Assembly: GCF_964204645.1 (NCBI RefSeq)
Contig: NC_134035.1
Coordinates: 8,960,451-9,024,450 of the forward strand
Direction of reading: 5' to 3'
DNA length: 64,000 nt
From: Tubulanus polymorphus
Lineage: Eukaryota > Animalia > Nemertea
The position numbers and the translations under genes are program-made. Shown here piece after piece: positions 1 through 12,500 of this stretch. The notes under the pieces were generated by a model that was not told where the DNA came from, made no database searches, and was given only the letters and a program-made list of their open reading frames with translations. How positions within the stretch are numbered: position 1 is the first letter of the stretch; each line of letters starts with the position of its first letter.

Positions 1-38
1 CTCCCTCCCTCTCTCTTTCTCCCTCCCTCTCTCTTTCT

Positions 39-135
<97 letters not shown>

Positions 136-180
136 TCTCCCTCTCTCCCTATCCCTTTCCCTCTCTCTGTCCCTCTCTCA
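1..180. repeat. (CT)n microsatellite
   Basis: Direct inspection. Confidence 0.95.
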
Positions 181-904
181 CACTAGCTATTCAAATTAAT
201 GGAATCCATGCGTGAGATGAGTACGTTACCTTCCAGACTGATGACGAGCCATCGAAAAATACACGACTGAATAACTTGACTCATTTAAAAAAAAGACTTT
301 CAGCAATTCGTGTTAAGCGTTCGTCGTGTATATGGAATGAGATAAAGCGCAGTACGTTGGCGGTCTTAACCTCGGTAAGCTGACAACGAGAACGACAACG
401 CGGGATTGATGACATTCCGTTTCAGTCATTCGACCACCTACGTACGGGGATGAGTTCCGCGCATAGTAATCAGGGTTTACTGTTGCGGCATAAATACGAC
501 ATAAGATTCGGCCAATTTCTGGCGTCGGCGTTTTATACGGCCATTCATTTAGAGCCGCGCACGTTTAGATGAAACTAATCTACTGAAGTTGACAATAGAT
601 TCCTCGCGAATGAAAAATAGCGCCGAAATTAATGTACATCCGCGGGGAATAGTCAAATTACTGCTGGGAATTGTTTCGTGAGATTAGGTGGAATTTGTTC
701 TATCCCGGCGCTTACCGGCAACTCTTATTCTCTCTTTCCGCTCTTCCCTCTTCTCTCTTCTCTCTTCTCTCTCGTCCCCTCTCTGCTTCTAATTGCCTCA
801 CATGTTATATCTGTCTTTTGCTCTATTTCTTAGAAATTTTACACCATCTGGGTCTTTTGTGTCCCTCACTGTCCTGCCTCCCCCTGAGGCTCCCTTTCCT
901 AAAA

Positions 905-1210
905 AAATTCCCCCGATTCCCTCCACCTCCTGATTCCCTCCACCTCCTGATTCCCCCACCTCCTGATTCCCTCCCCTTCTGATTCCCTCCCCTCCTGATT
1001 CCCTCCACCTGATTCCCTCCCTTCCTGATTCTCTCCACCTGATTCCCTCCCCTTCCGATTCCCTCCCTTTCTGATTCCCCCATCCCATCCCTGATTCCCT
1101 CCCTTCCTGATTCCCCCATCCCTGATTCCCTCCACGTCCTGATTCCCTCCACCTGATTCCCTCCACCTCCTGATTCTGTCCACCTACTGATTCCCTCCAC
1201 CTCCTGATCA
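905..1210. repeat. Degenerate C/T-rich minisatellite (CCTGATTCCCTCCACCT-like)
   Basis: Repeated CTGATTCCC core every ~14-20 bp. Confidence 0.9.
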
Positions 1211-1959
1211 CCTATTTCCCAAACCATCCCGCCTCTTTTCCTGCCTATCTGTGTCGCGAGATGAATAGCTTCGTGCAGTGATTATCGTTAATCGATTAGC
1301 AGTCTTGTAATTCGGTGGTTACGAAGCGCAGTTAAACCAATTAAGTTCGACATTAATGAAGACGAATCGTAACATCTGATCAACGCGGATACTGTTTAAA
1401 TTGCGACTCTGGTTTACAATTATGTTTAGCCCGGGTAGACGTGAATTTAGATAATGATGATCAGTGCTAGCTCTTTATATTCTCTCTTCGTGGTAGATCC
1501 GATGAGAGGCCTACAATTATCCTGTATTTGCGGTGAGAAATGTTCCATATTTTTGCGCGTTTTATGAGGAAATAGATGTTTATCGGCGGCTGAATTGCTA
1601 ATAAAATGGGAAATGATACGGCCAGTCGAGCAGGACCCCATCAGATGAATGAAATAGCTATGAAATGTTGTATTCCGATCAAGAGGTATAATCAAATTCC
1701 TGCCCGTCTGGATTTCGATGATAAGAACTCGGGATTGCACCGATTAACCTGATCGTGTTAAATTCGAGTTGAATTATTATCCGGGGACAGCTGTAATACA
1801 TCCTAACTGTATCATTTCGAAGCAGCACTGCTAGATGCCCCTCTAGGGCAGGATGAATATGTCCGCAGATTTGGATGAATGAATACTTGAACTTGAACTC
1901 TTATTTTATTGCTCCTTATAATACAAAGGTTACATAAGATAGTTGCTCCGATGAATTGT

Positions 1960-2772
1960 AAATGCCCCGCTAGATCTGGATAGATAGATAAATACCCCAC
2001 TAGATCTGGATAGATAGATAAATACCCCACTAGAGCTAGATGAATAGTAGATGCCCCGTTAGATCTGGTGAATTGATAGTATCGCACTAGATCTGGTGAA
2101 TTGATAGTATCGCACTAGATCTGGTGAATTGATAGTATCGCACAAGATCTGGTGAATTGAAAGTATCGCACTAGATCTGGATGAGTAGACAGTATCCCAT
2201 TAAATCTGGATGAATACATAGTATCCCACTAGATCTGGTGAATGGATAGTATCCCACTAAATCTGGATGAATAGGTAGACGCCCCACTAGATGTGGATGA
2301 AAAGGTAGATGCCTTACTAGATGTGGATGAATAGGTAGATGCCCCGCTAGATGTGGATGAATAGGTAGATGTCCCACTAGATCTGGATGAATAGGTAGAT
2401 GTCCCACTAGATCTGGATGAATAGGTAGATGTCCCACTAGATGTGGATGAATAGGTAGATGCCCCACTAGATGTGGATGAATAGGTAGATGCCCCACTAG
2501 ATCTGGATGAATAGGTAGATGCCCTACTAGATCTGGATGAATAGGTAGATGCCCCACTAGGTGTGGATGAATAGGAAGATGCCCCGCTAGATGTGGATGA
2601 ATAGGTAGATGCCCCACTAGATGTGGATGAATAGGTAGATGCCCCACTAGATGTGGATGAATAGGTAGATGCCCTACTAGATCTGGATGAATAGGTAGAT
2701 GCCCCACTAGGTGTGGATGAATAGGAAGATGCCCCGCTAGATGTGGATGAATAGGAAGATGCCCCGCTAGAG
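1960..2772. repeat. 28-30-bp minisatellite (CTAGATGTGGATGAATAGGTAGATGCCCCA)
   Basis: More than 20 tandem copies; explains the HLPIHP ORF. Confidence 0.95.
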
Positions 2773-5139
2773 CTGGTTGTACAGCTCTGATATAACTGAT
2801 ATGATAATAGTATTTTCTAGATGATTCATTGTCTGCCGTTTTGTTATTAAGATCCATCAATTCAGCGCATTAGTCGGGATGATTTTATTCAGTACTCACG
2901 GAATTAGTGTCTGAAATGAAATCTATTACGAGGGATTATCGTATTCAGACATGCAAATAACTCGAGCCATTTATCTTCATGCTTAAAAGTTGATCGCGTC
3001 GGAAAAATTTCGCTTTTAAGCTCGTCGTCTAATTCGACTAAACGTGTCGTAAATTTGCATTTTTATGCGACTTTTCGATGGCGGTATGGATCGTCTTAGC
3101 GAGCGAGATAACGGCTGAGTTGATAGGATTATACAGTTTTTATATCCAGTTTAAACGAACTCGCTTGGCGTGCGCGCGCGCGCGCTTTCAAGCGATTTTC
3201 TATTAGTTTATGGTGATTAAAAGTTGAAACTTGTTGCTCGCCCGGCAGCCATGCGAACCTACTTAATCCGGATTTAAGAACGCGACTCGGGGCGGCCATC
3301 AATAACGAACAGTTTCATAATGGGGTACATCTTTTTCCAGTATCAGCAGCACTTATGTTACAAAAATTGGATCGACTCTGCACACGCAAAATGTATTTAT
3401 ATGGATGCAAGGGCGCGGGTTCTTTGAAACTGTCCTCGTTACAGTGGAGAGCCTTGATGATCGTCCTTGTTGCATGTTATGGGTGGGATTTGCTGACAAA
3501 ATGACGAGTTGCATGGCGGACTATCCTTAGTGTTTTTTAAGAAACCAGTAGACTACCGGACCTTGTTATGAATCAAGGGGGAAGTTGACTGCCCGGTCCT
3601 GGCAGTTGACGGGTATTGACTCTTTTTCCTCGGAAACCAAGCGACTTGACTTGTTGACAAGCCAGGCAATTTGATTGATACTGACAGAGATTGGAAAAAT
3701 TCATGAAAAAATTACTGGAAAACTCAATGAATTTGACAAATTTTACCAAAAACCTGGAGAACTCAAGGAATTCGGATAATGCTGCTTACCAGGTGTTTTT
3801 TTATCGATACATGATTCGATGAAAAATGAATTGTTACGCGTTTGAAACCTAGAAATTCCTCTGATTCGCTCCGGGAATTCTGTGTGTAATCACACGGAAA
3901 AATCAGTGAAAACTCTGGTGATTTGTATACGGTCAGAAAGTGGCCACCCTGAAGACAATCGAGGTAATTGACTGTCTTCATTGTAAGTAAAAGGAATAGT
4001 TGCCAATGCTAACTAGTCGTGAAGGTGAGGACGGGTGGTAGTGTATATCAACACTAACTACCCTTAGTTTGGCAAAATATCCCAAATCTTATTCGCACAT
4101 CACCGTCAATACATACCCTAACACGTAGATATAAAATATCCTGCCTAAGAAATTATTAAAATCTTAACTTAAATCCTCGGAACCTATGAACTGACAACAT
4201 TGTAAATGTTAATTTTGTAATACTCATGTATAAAGAATTATACCATCATTCCATTTCATTTATTATCACTTTTTTTCTCCAGGTGTCATCCCACCTCTTA
4301 GGGTTACAGTCTTTTTGATTGGGGTGGCAACCTATCAATAAAGTATAATATATTATGCATTTTGTATGTACATAATTTTTAGAATATTCTTTATCGATGA
4401 AATAAACATTTCATTACATTACAACTAGTCATGTAGGGGCTGTGAGCCGTGAGGACGGGCGGTGGTGGTGCTGGTAGAACATATGATTGATAACTTTGAA
4501 GATTTATTGTTTGTGTTGTCTTTAAAGATGAAAGATGCTATTTTTTTCATCTGTTAGTTAATGCGGTCTTCTGATGATGTATCTGCGGTATTGTTGCGAC
4601 GCGTGTCGTGATCGATACGAATCTCTCTCTCTCAGACGGATAGCGATTTTAGCCTCGCGGGCGCGAAATAATTTGTAGTCGTCATCGACGCCAGAAATCA
4701 ACGTCGCCGGTGATCCTTATGATTCGCGGTAATACAAACATTAATAAGTTCTCAACGCCGACCGAATGGGAACCATTGTGTTCGTCGCGTTCGGTCTTTA
4801 CGCGATCGCCGCCGTGTAGAGCGACGAGACGGACGAATTAAAGTAAGCTCGGCGTCGTCGTCGTCTCGCGTCATGGAAGATGAGATATCGAATCTCACAT
4901 TCTCTCGTGAATTGAGAATATAATAGACGATGAGATGAGATCGACTGATGAAAGAGTTACAAAGATATAATATCTCGATACGGTGAATTATTCTTGCGTC
5001 GCCGCGTGATGTTGCGCCGCTGATAATTGTATTCAATGGTTTTTTATGACGGCCGGTGATAATAGAGAGGCTTGTGGCGCGGTATGCGTGGTTGGTTTCT
5101 AGTATTTTACTCCGGTATGCCTGGCTCGGGGCCATACTT

Positions 5140-5510
5140 TTCGACGCCGGGATGCCTGATCTTGAAGGAGATGTTCACATGAGCCATAATGTTTGACCTT
5201 GGCCCATGCCAGATCTTGGAGGAGAGATATGTCAGACCAGAATGTTTGACTTACGCATGCCAGGTCTTGAAGGAGAGACATGTCAGACCAGAATTTTTGA
5301 CTTACGGATGCGCCAGGTCTTGGGAAGAGATATGACAGGTCAGAATGTTTGACTTCAGGATGCCAGGTCTTGGAGGAGAGATATGACAGGCTAGAATGTT
5401 TGACTTTGGCCCATGCCAGATCTTGGAGAGTAGATATGACAGGCCAGAATGTTTGACTTTGGCCCATTCCAGATCTTGGATGAGACATATGACTGCTCAG
5501 AATATTCAAC
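5140..5510. repeat. Degenerate ~52-bp tandem repeat (GCCAGATCTTGGAGGAGAGATATGACAGGCCAGAATGTTTGACTT...)
   Basis: About 7 diverged copies. Confidence 0.85.
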
Positions 5511-6485
5511 GATAGAATAACAGGTTATTGAGTATCATGAGCTATAGGTTCGAGTGTTTATAGTCTGGGTTGCTTGGTCTCCGGGATGTCAGGTCACTGA
5601 GGCTGTTGAAGCATTGGTATAAAGAAGAGGACAGAAGGGTCTCTGGCTAGACATTGTAACTGCCTCTCACTACTCAGCTGGATACGCAATCGGATACCTG
5701 GCTTTACTTCGGGTACTCGAGCTGGATCCCCTCATCCCAGGAGAGGCGATACTGATATAGATTCACAAGGTTTTAATACCGATATGTGACCACATTAAAC
5801 TATACAGAATACAGGATTCGCGATACAAATATCAGTTTTTATCGTATTACCGTATAAGGCAGTAAATAATGCAGGCATTCAGGGTTGAGAGATGAACGCG
5901 CGCGGGCGTATTGTCAGATTGCGTATCGAGGTATCGGGTTTTATAATTCACAACGGGAATCTCCGTATCATCCCAGACTGCCGTATGAACGCCGTAATCG
6001 TATTTTTGCGTCTCGCGCTGAAAACGGTGAAACTACACAACGCGATCATCGACTCTCTCTCTTTCTCTCTCGGAAGATATTCATCTCTTGTCTCGTGTTC
6101 TCATAATCTCAACCGTCGTCTGTCGCGAATAAAAACCGGAAAGCTTTCGTTTTCTTGTTGTTTTTTTATCGAAATTTCATCTTTCTTTCGACGCTCGATA
6201 AAGGACGTGGAACAATTTCCAGAAACTCGTGCGTTGTGTAATAATCCTGTAATCATCTTCTATTTCGGTAAAGATGTAAATCTCGAGTTTCGGTGCTCTG
6301 TTTTCAGAATTACGCGTAATAAATGTCAGAATGTTCTGTCTAGCACTAAGTTTTGAATAAACTTAAGAAAATAGAGATCGTTCTCAGTTGCAGAAACTTC
6401 AGTTTGAATTTAAAAAAATTGTGCGTTTCTTTGTGTGTTCTATGTATTTGCATATTGTTAAGAATCTCTTGTTTCTCTATTTCAG

Positions 6486-6560
6486 TCACATATCAAAACA
6501 GACTACTTTCGTCCATCCGATTACTAAGCTTACGTCGGCTGCGTCTCCTGCTAAATCCAG
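6486..6560 (+). CDS. PLEKHA-like exon: C-terminal half of a WW domain (HISKQTTFVHPITKL...)
   Basis: tttctctatttcag acceptor, gtaaat donor; H..K.TTF.HP matches the end of the PLEKHA5/7 WW domain; phase 2 joins exon 23278. Confidence 0.8.
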
Positions 6561-9500
6561 GTAAATCTTATGTGATACTTTCAACGGAATCGACCTGGAA
6601 AATCCGGGGAATCAAGGAAAATCTAGAAAAAAATCAGGGGAAACTCAGGAAATTTGACAAATTGTGAGAAAACTTGGGGAATTTGGGAAATGCTTTTGAC
6701 CACGCATTTCAATTGGTGATTCATTGAAAAATGAATGAATTGCAACATTTTCTCTGATTCACTCAGGGAATTTTGTGTAATCACACAGAAAAAACAGACA
6801 AAACTCAGGTAGTTTATAGATTGGCGGAAAGAGGGTTAATTTCTCCAAAATCTTAAAAGTTGCATAAAGGACATGATAGGTTGAGGGGGGGTGGTGGGAG
6901 AAGGGTGGTGGTCAGTACGCCTTGATGAATTGTAAGGGAAGGTTACTGAAAACAATACCAGCCCAGTTTTTGGGGGAAGGTCAAATGCCTCCCTAACCCT
7001 CACGGACACAAATTTGATATTTTCGAGCAAAACAGTTAAGAAGTTTTAAAAAGTTGCATAGATTTATTGCACAGATTATGCGTAGATTTTGTCTGTTTCG
7101 CTTTCTCCAAAACATGAAGAAACGTCTTGTTACTTCGTCGTATAATCCGGATAAATGCTTCGATCAATTGTAGAACAGGGTGGCGCCACTGACCTGGAAA
7201 ACTCAGGGAATTCTGATAATGTTATTGACCACGTATTTGTTAAGAGTTGTTAGAAATTTTCTTCACGCAGGGAATTTTGTGTTATAATTGTGTGAAACTG
7301 TTAAGGGATTTGTGAATTGGCAGAAGGTGACCGTCCTGAAGTAAAGAAGTCTGCCCGGTTTCTCATCAAGCGGTCGATTCACACGATTACGATTCTTTTA
7401 TGACCACAAATATCTGCGACGGACGCCGGAGGTGACGACAACGGACGATGCGGAAACTCGGGCATGAAATACGAATTGATTTCATTTCTTACCCCGAGCT
7501 TGCACGCACGCATGCACGCACAAGTGGGTTATTAATTCCTATTAACCCTTTCAGCGCTGACTAATTAATACCCGAAAGTGCTAGGGATGATTTGAAAATT
7601 CTTAAAAATTCCACTCCAGTGAGTTGAATAACAGGCGTATTTCTTCAGTCTACACCGCCGTGCAGTGTATTGTTAGTTATTGATATTGTACTATTTGTGA
7701 CAGGTGCTGCCATCTTTCAATAGAGATAAAAACTCATTTACTTTTAACATCAAAGCACCACCATGCGGCGTACTAGCTAAGTCCATCAGCGAATTATACA
7801 CTGCACTGAAAGGCTTAAATGCAATATAATTATATCGTAATACACCACGATGCAATGTACTAGCATCAAAACACCATGATGCGGTGTACTAGCATCAATA
7901 TACCACAATGCAGTGTACTAGCAAAGTCCACCACGGATTTATACTTCGCACTGAAAGGGTAAAAGGTCGACAAATTTGATGTTGCTGTTTTTAAGAAGAA
8001 CACACGCGGAATTGAATGAAATTTCTCATTGCCGATAGCGACTAGGAGTGAAGCCAATGAAACCGGTGTATAATTGCCGAGCAATAACCGCCGGTTACTC
8101 ATTCCACAACGTCGCAATTGAATTATATTTTCACATTTCCGCGCGTTATTTTATACGGCAATTACAGTAAATTCACGTCGTCGGGAGTTGAGCTTGTAGG
8201 AATTCTCAATCGATGAATCGGGCTTCTTCTTCGCGGCGAGCGAGAAAATATCCGGCGAAAAATCGGCATGAATAATAGATATATTTATATACGGTACTTG
8301 CGATGTCGTATAAACCCATAAAATCTCATTCAAAATTCATCATTTCTGCGTGAAAATAAATCGGCTTACTGTCAACGACGTTCGCACGTTTCATTCGAAC
8401 ATCGTATGTTTCATACCAAGCCTTGTAGAGACAGATTTTTTTGTTTGTTTTTTCAACTGACTTATTGTGGTCAGTAATGCAGTCCTGTCAGCTAGTCCGG
8501 CCCCTGTCGTTTTATCAATAGCCATTCTCTCTCCTGCCTGATTTACTATTAGGCTCGGGGATCAATGGCTCATGCGAACTGTGATAGACTGTACGCTGAG
8601 TTGATTAACTTTTATCCTGCTGGGATTCGCAGGTTTTCTTTATCATAACTCTTATAGATATCTCGTATTTCATTCGATTTCCTCGTACACACACGATATC
8701 TCACTCACTACCGGGACTCGTTCTAGTATTTCTGGTCAATATTGCTTCCCTTGTCCCTCACCTTGCTGTCCTAATAACGATTCGGCGAGGATACAAATCC
8801 TTGGAAAGTACTTCTGTTTGCTCCGGGATTGCGTTTCCTCCACTATTAACGAAATTATGCCTGTATGCTCGAGCAAATCCAAAGAAAGACTAGTCGCATC
8901 CTAAAAGGGCACTTCGATATCCGAAAAGACAATACTAGGTATACTCCCGCGCTGAAAGGCTAGTTTTGAAGAACTAAATGTGCACTCCTGGAGGTCCAGA
9001 CGATAGTATGAACTGCCGCACTGAAATGCACCAATAGGGTACCCACAACACCAGTTATCCCACCAGGTGGCGTGACGAGCAGTAGGTCTCACGTTGTCAA
9101 AAATTAGTTTGTTTTCAATGAACTTTGAACTGAATTTTTAGACTCCTGAATCTATATATAATCGCAGCGCCTACCAAATATGCACAGTCAATGCTTTCAT
9201 TCTTCTACTCGGATATTGGTTAAGTTGAACAATGGATTGTTTATAGAGAAAAGTTCAATCAGATTTAATTGAAATGTAGAAGAAATTGAGTGCGGATGAC
9301 CGACTATCTACTAGCGAACCTGGTGGATCATCGCCTGTCATATGTAGAAACCTCGATTGCCACAGTAGCAGTGTGGGTTCCTCTTAACCTTCGTTGATGA
9401 AATGAAAAAGGGCACTAAGGGCACATTTTGATGTACAAGTCTCACAAGTCCTGCTCGGTCTGCCTCTGTGTGTCCGAGTTCATCAGCTCAGTCGTTGGGA

Positions 9501-12500
9501 AGAAGCCTTGTCTTCTCAGCTGAGTATTGATGAGGAGTCTTGTCCCTCAGATACTCACGGGTCACTTATTCATTTGCAATTATGAATATTCACAGTCTTT
9601 TTCCATCAACTGTAGCTGGTGAGTAGTCGTTCCATAATGAACCAACCCGACTATCCATTCCATCCCGTCTGGAACTCAAGAAGGAAGTCCATTAATTTGT
9701 AGAGCCTTTGGGAAGAGTCTTTCGGTTAATTTAAGGACTCTTTTTCTGCGCGAGGCGTTAAAAGAAGGGGCTGTTTGTTACCGGTGTTTTATAGAACGTT
9801 TCTTTGTAAGCGTGCAGTGATGTAGAAGTATATCAGTAGATCAGGCAGCGAATAAATACCCGGCCAATACTGATTAATACCTGTAGACTGTAGCAAATCC
9901 AATTACGCATAAAACGCACTGAATACCTACAATGTCCGGTTCAGACCCGGTCGTCTTAATCTCAACGATAAGCTTTGCAATTAGCAGTACGATGAAAATC
10001 GGCTCAGTCTGGTTTTCGTTGGGTTTAGAACGGCTTTAGAGTTGAGATGGAGCTGGCTTTGAATTTATGACCATACAACACTGACTCCTGACTATTGACA
10101 TCTTTTAGTTTCTCCCGTTTATGATTGGATCTTCGCGTATTCTATTTTTCTACAATGAGATTCAGATATTCGGTCGAGTCTCGCGTGATAACCGTTAGAA
10201 TTCGTGCCTCTCTCAGTTTTATCCGTCAGACGAAGTCGATGTTCGTTTGATGTTTATTCTGAGAGAAATTTAATTAGATTCAGTTTTTAGATATCGGTTA
10301 TTATTTCGCGTGTCGGTATAATGTGTCGAGGTTGAGAGAGGGAGAGGGGGAGGTGGTGGGAGAGGAGGAAGCGGAGATGAGAGTGGAAAGGAGAGGGAGA
10401 GGAGAAATAGAAGAGGGGGAGGGATTGGAGAGCAGACAGAAGATATGAAGGGGAGAGAAGAGAGGGAGTGGGAGAGGGAGAGGAGAGGAAAGGTATAGGG
10501 AGAGTTAGAGAGCAAGAGGAGGGATAGGGGAATGGGAGGGATTGGAGAGGCAGGCAGGGCAGAGGAGAGAAGAGAGGAGAGGTAAGAGAGAGGGACAGTT
10601 AGAGAGCAATAGGAGGGAGAAAGGCCAGGCGAGGTGATGAGGAGAGGTAGAGATTTGCTTGTGTTGCCCGCAGAGACGAAGCCATATTGTCACAAAGTCC
10701 TCACGTCTGTCTGTACGTCCGTCTGCCATCATCGTCGCCGCGAATGCGAGAGACTCGATAATTTTATCGAAAGGGAAGAGAACCCCGGTGATTTAGAGCG
10801 AGACGATTTGTTTGTTTGTCAGATTCACCGCGTAATATGATCGTGTTTCGCCCGCGGACCAAATAATTGGATGCAATACGGGGAACAGAGAAAATTGTGG
10901 CTGTCATTTCAACCTGCGTGTGTGCGTTCTGACAACGTGAGGTCATCAGGGGAAAAATGTTCGTGCGGCGCTGGCTGATGTGAGAAATTTTTTAAATTGA
11001 CGACTATTTTTATATCGAGGGAGAAGTGTTAGAAGAAGATGTTGATATTCTCATATCCAGGGAGGAGGGTTAGAAGGAGATGATGATATTCTCATATCTA
11101 AGGAGGAGGGTTAGAAGAAGATGATGATATTCTCATATCTAGGGAGGAGGGTTGGAAGAAGATGCTGATATTCTCATATCCAGGGAGGAGGGTGAGAAGA
11201 TGATATTCTCGTATCCAGAGAGGAGGGTTAGAAGATGATGATATTCTCATACCTAGGGAGGAGGGTTAGAAAAAGAAGATGATATTCTCATATCCAGAGA
11301 GGAGGGTTAGAAGATAGTGATATTCTCATATCCAGGGAGGAAGGTTAGAAGATGATGATATTCTCATATCTAAGGAGGAGGGTTAGAAGAAGATGATGAT
11401 ATTCTCATATCCAGGGAGGAGGGTTAGAAGAAGATGATGGTATTCTCATATCCACGGAGGAGGGTTAGAAGAAGATGATGATATTCTCATATCCAGGGAG
11501 GAGGGTTAGAAGAAGATGATATTCTCGTATCCAGAGAGGAGGGTTAGAAGATGATGATATTCTCATATCCAGGGAGGAGGGTTAGAAGATGATATTCTCG
11601 TATCCAGAGAGGAGGGTTAGAAGATGATGATATTCTCATATCTAGGGAGGAGGGTTAGAAAAAGAGGATGATATTCTCATATCCAGGGAGGAGGATTGGA
11701 AGATGATGATGATATTCTCATATCCAGGGAGGAGGGTTAGAAGAAGATGATGATATTCTCATATCCACGGAGGAGGGTTAGAAGAAGATGATGATATTCT
11801 CATATCCAGGGAGGAGGGTTAGAAGAAGATGATATTCTCGTATCCAGAGAGGAGGGTTAGTAGATGATGATATTCTCATATCTAGGGAGGAGGGTTAGAA
11901 AAAGAGGATGATATTCTCATATCCAGGGAGGAGGATTGGAAGATGATGATGATATTCTCATATCCACGGAGGAGGGTTAGAAGAAGATGATGATATTCTC
12001 ATATCCAGGGAGGAGGGTTAGAAGAAGATGATATTCTCGTATCCAGAGAGGAGGGTTAGAAGATGATGATATTCTCATCTAGGGAGGAGGGTTAGAAAAA
12101 GAGGATGATATTCTCATATCCAGGGAGGAGGATTGGAAGATGATGATGATATTCTCATATCCAGGGAGGAGGGTTAGAAGAAGATGATGATATTCTCATA
12201 TCCAGGGAGGAGGGTTAGAAGATGATATTCTCGTATCCAGAGAGGAGGGTTAGAAGATGATGATATTCTCATATCTAGGGAGGAGGGTTAGAAAAAGAGG
12301 ATGATATTCTCATATCCAGGGAGGAGGATTGGAAGATGATGATGATATTCTCATATCCAGGGAGGAGGGTTAGAAGAAGATGATGATATTCTCATATCCA
12401 CGGAGGAGGGTTAGAAAAAGATGATGATATTCTCATATCCAGAGAGGAGGGTTAGAAGAAGATGATGATATTCTCATATCCACGGAGGAGGGTTAGAAGA

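Noticed and set aside
237-262. CTGATGA...GAAA hammerhead-like motif
   Set aside because: Only a 2-3-bp stem II and no stem III or cleavage triplet; chance level.
671-1227. Four overlapping ORFs
   Set aside because: Low-complexity repeat translations.
1960-2772. Common origin of the intronic 30-bp repeat and the exonic 30-bp repeat at 47173
   Set aside because: They share only unit length and a TAGAT(C) word; the units do not align.
2171-2860. 229-aa His/Pro-rich ORF
   Set aside because: By-product of a 30-bp minisatellite antisense in an intron; no gene signals.
5540-5760. Possible SINE remnant
   Set aside because: Only vague similarity to SINE core motifs; boundaries unsupported.
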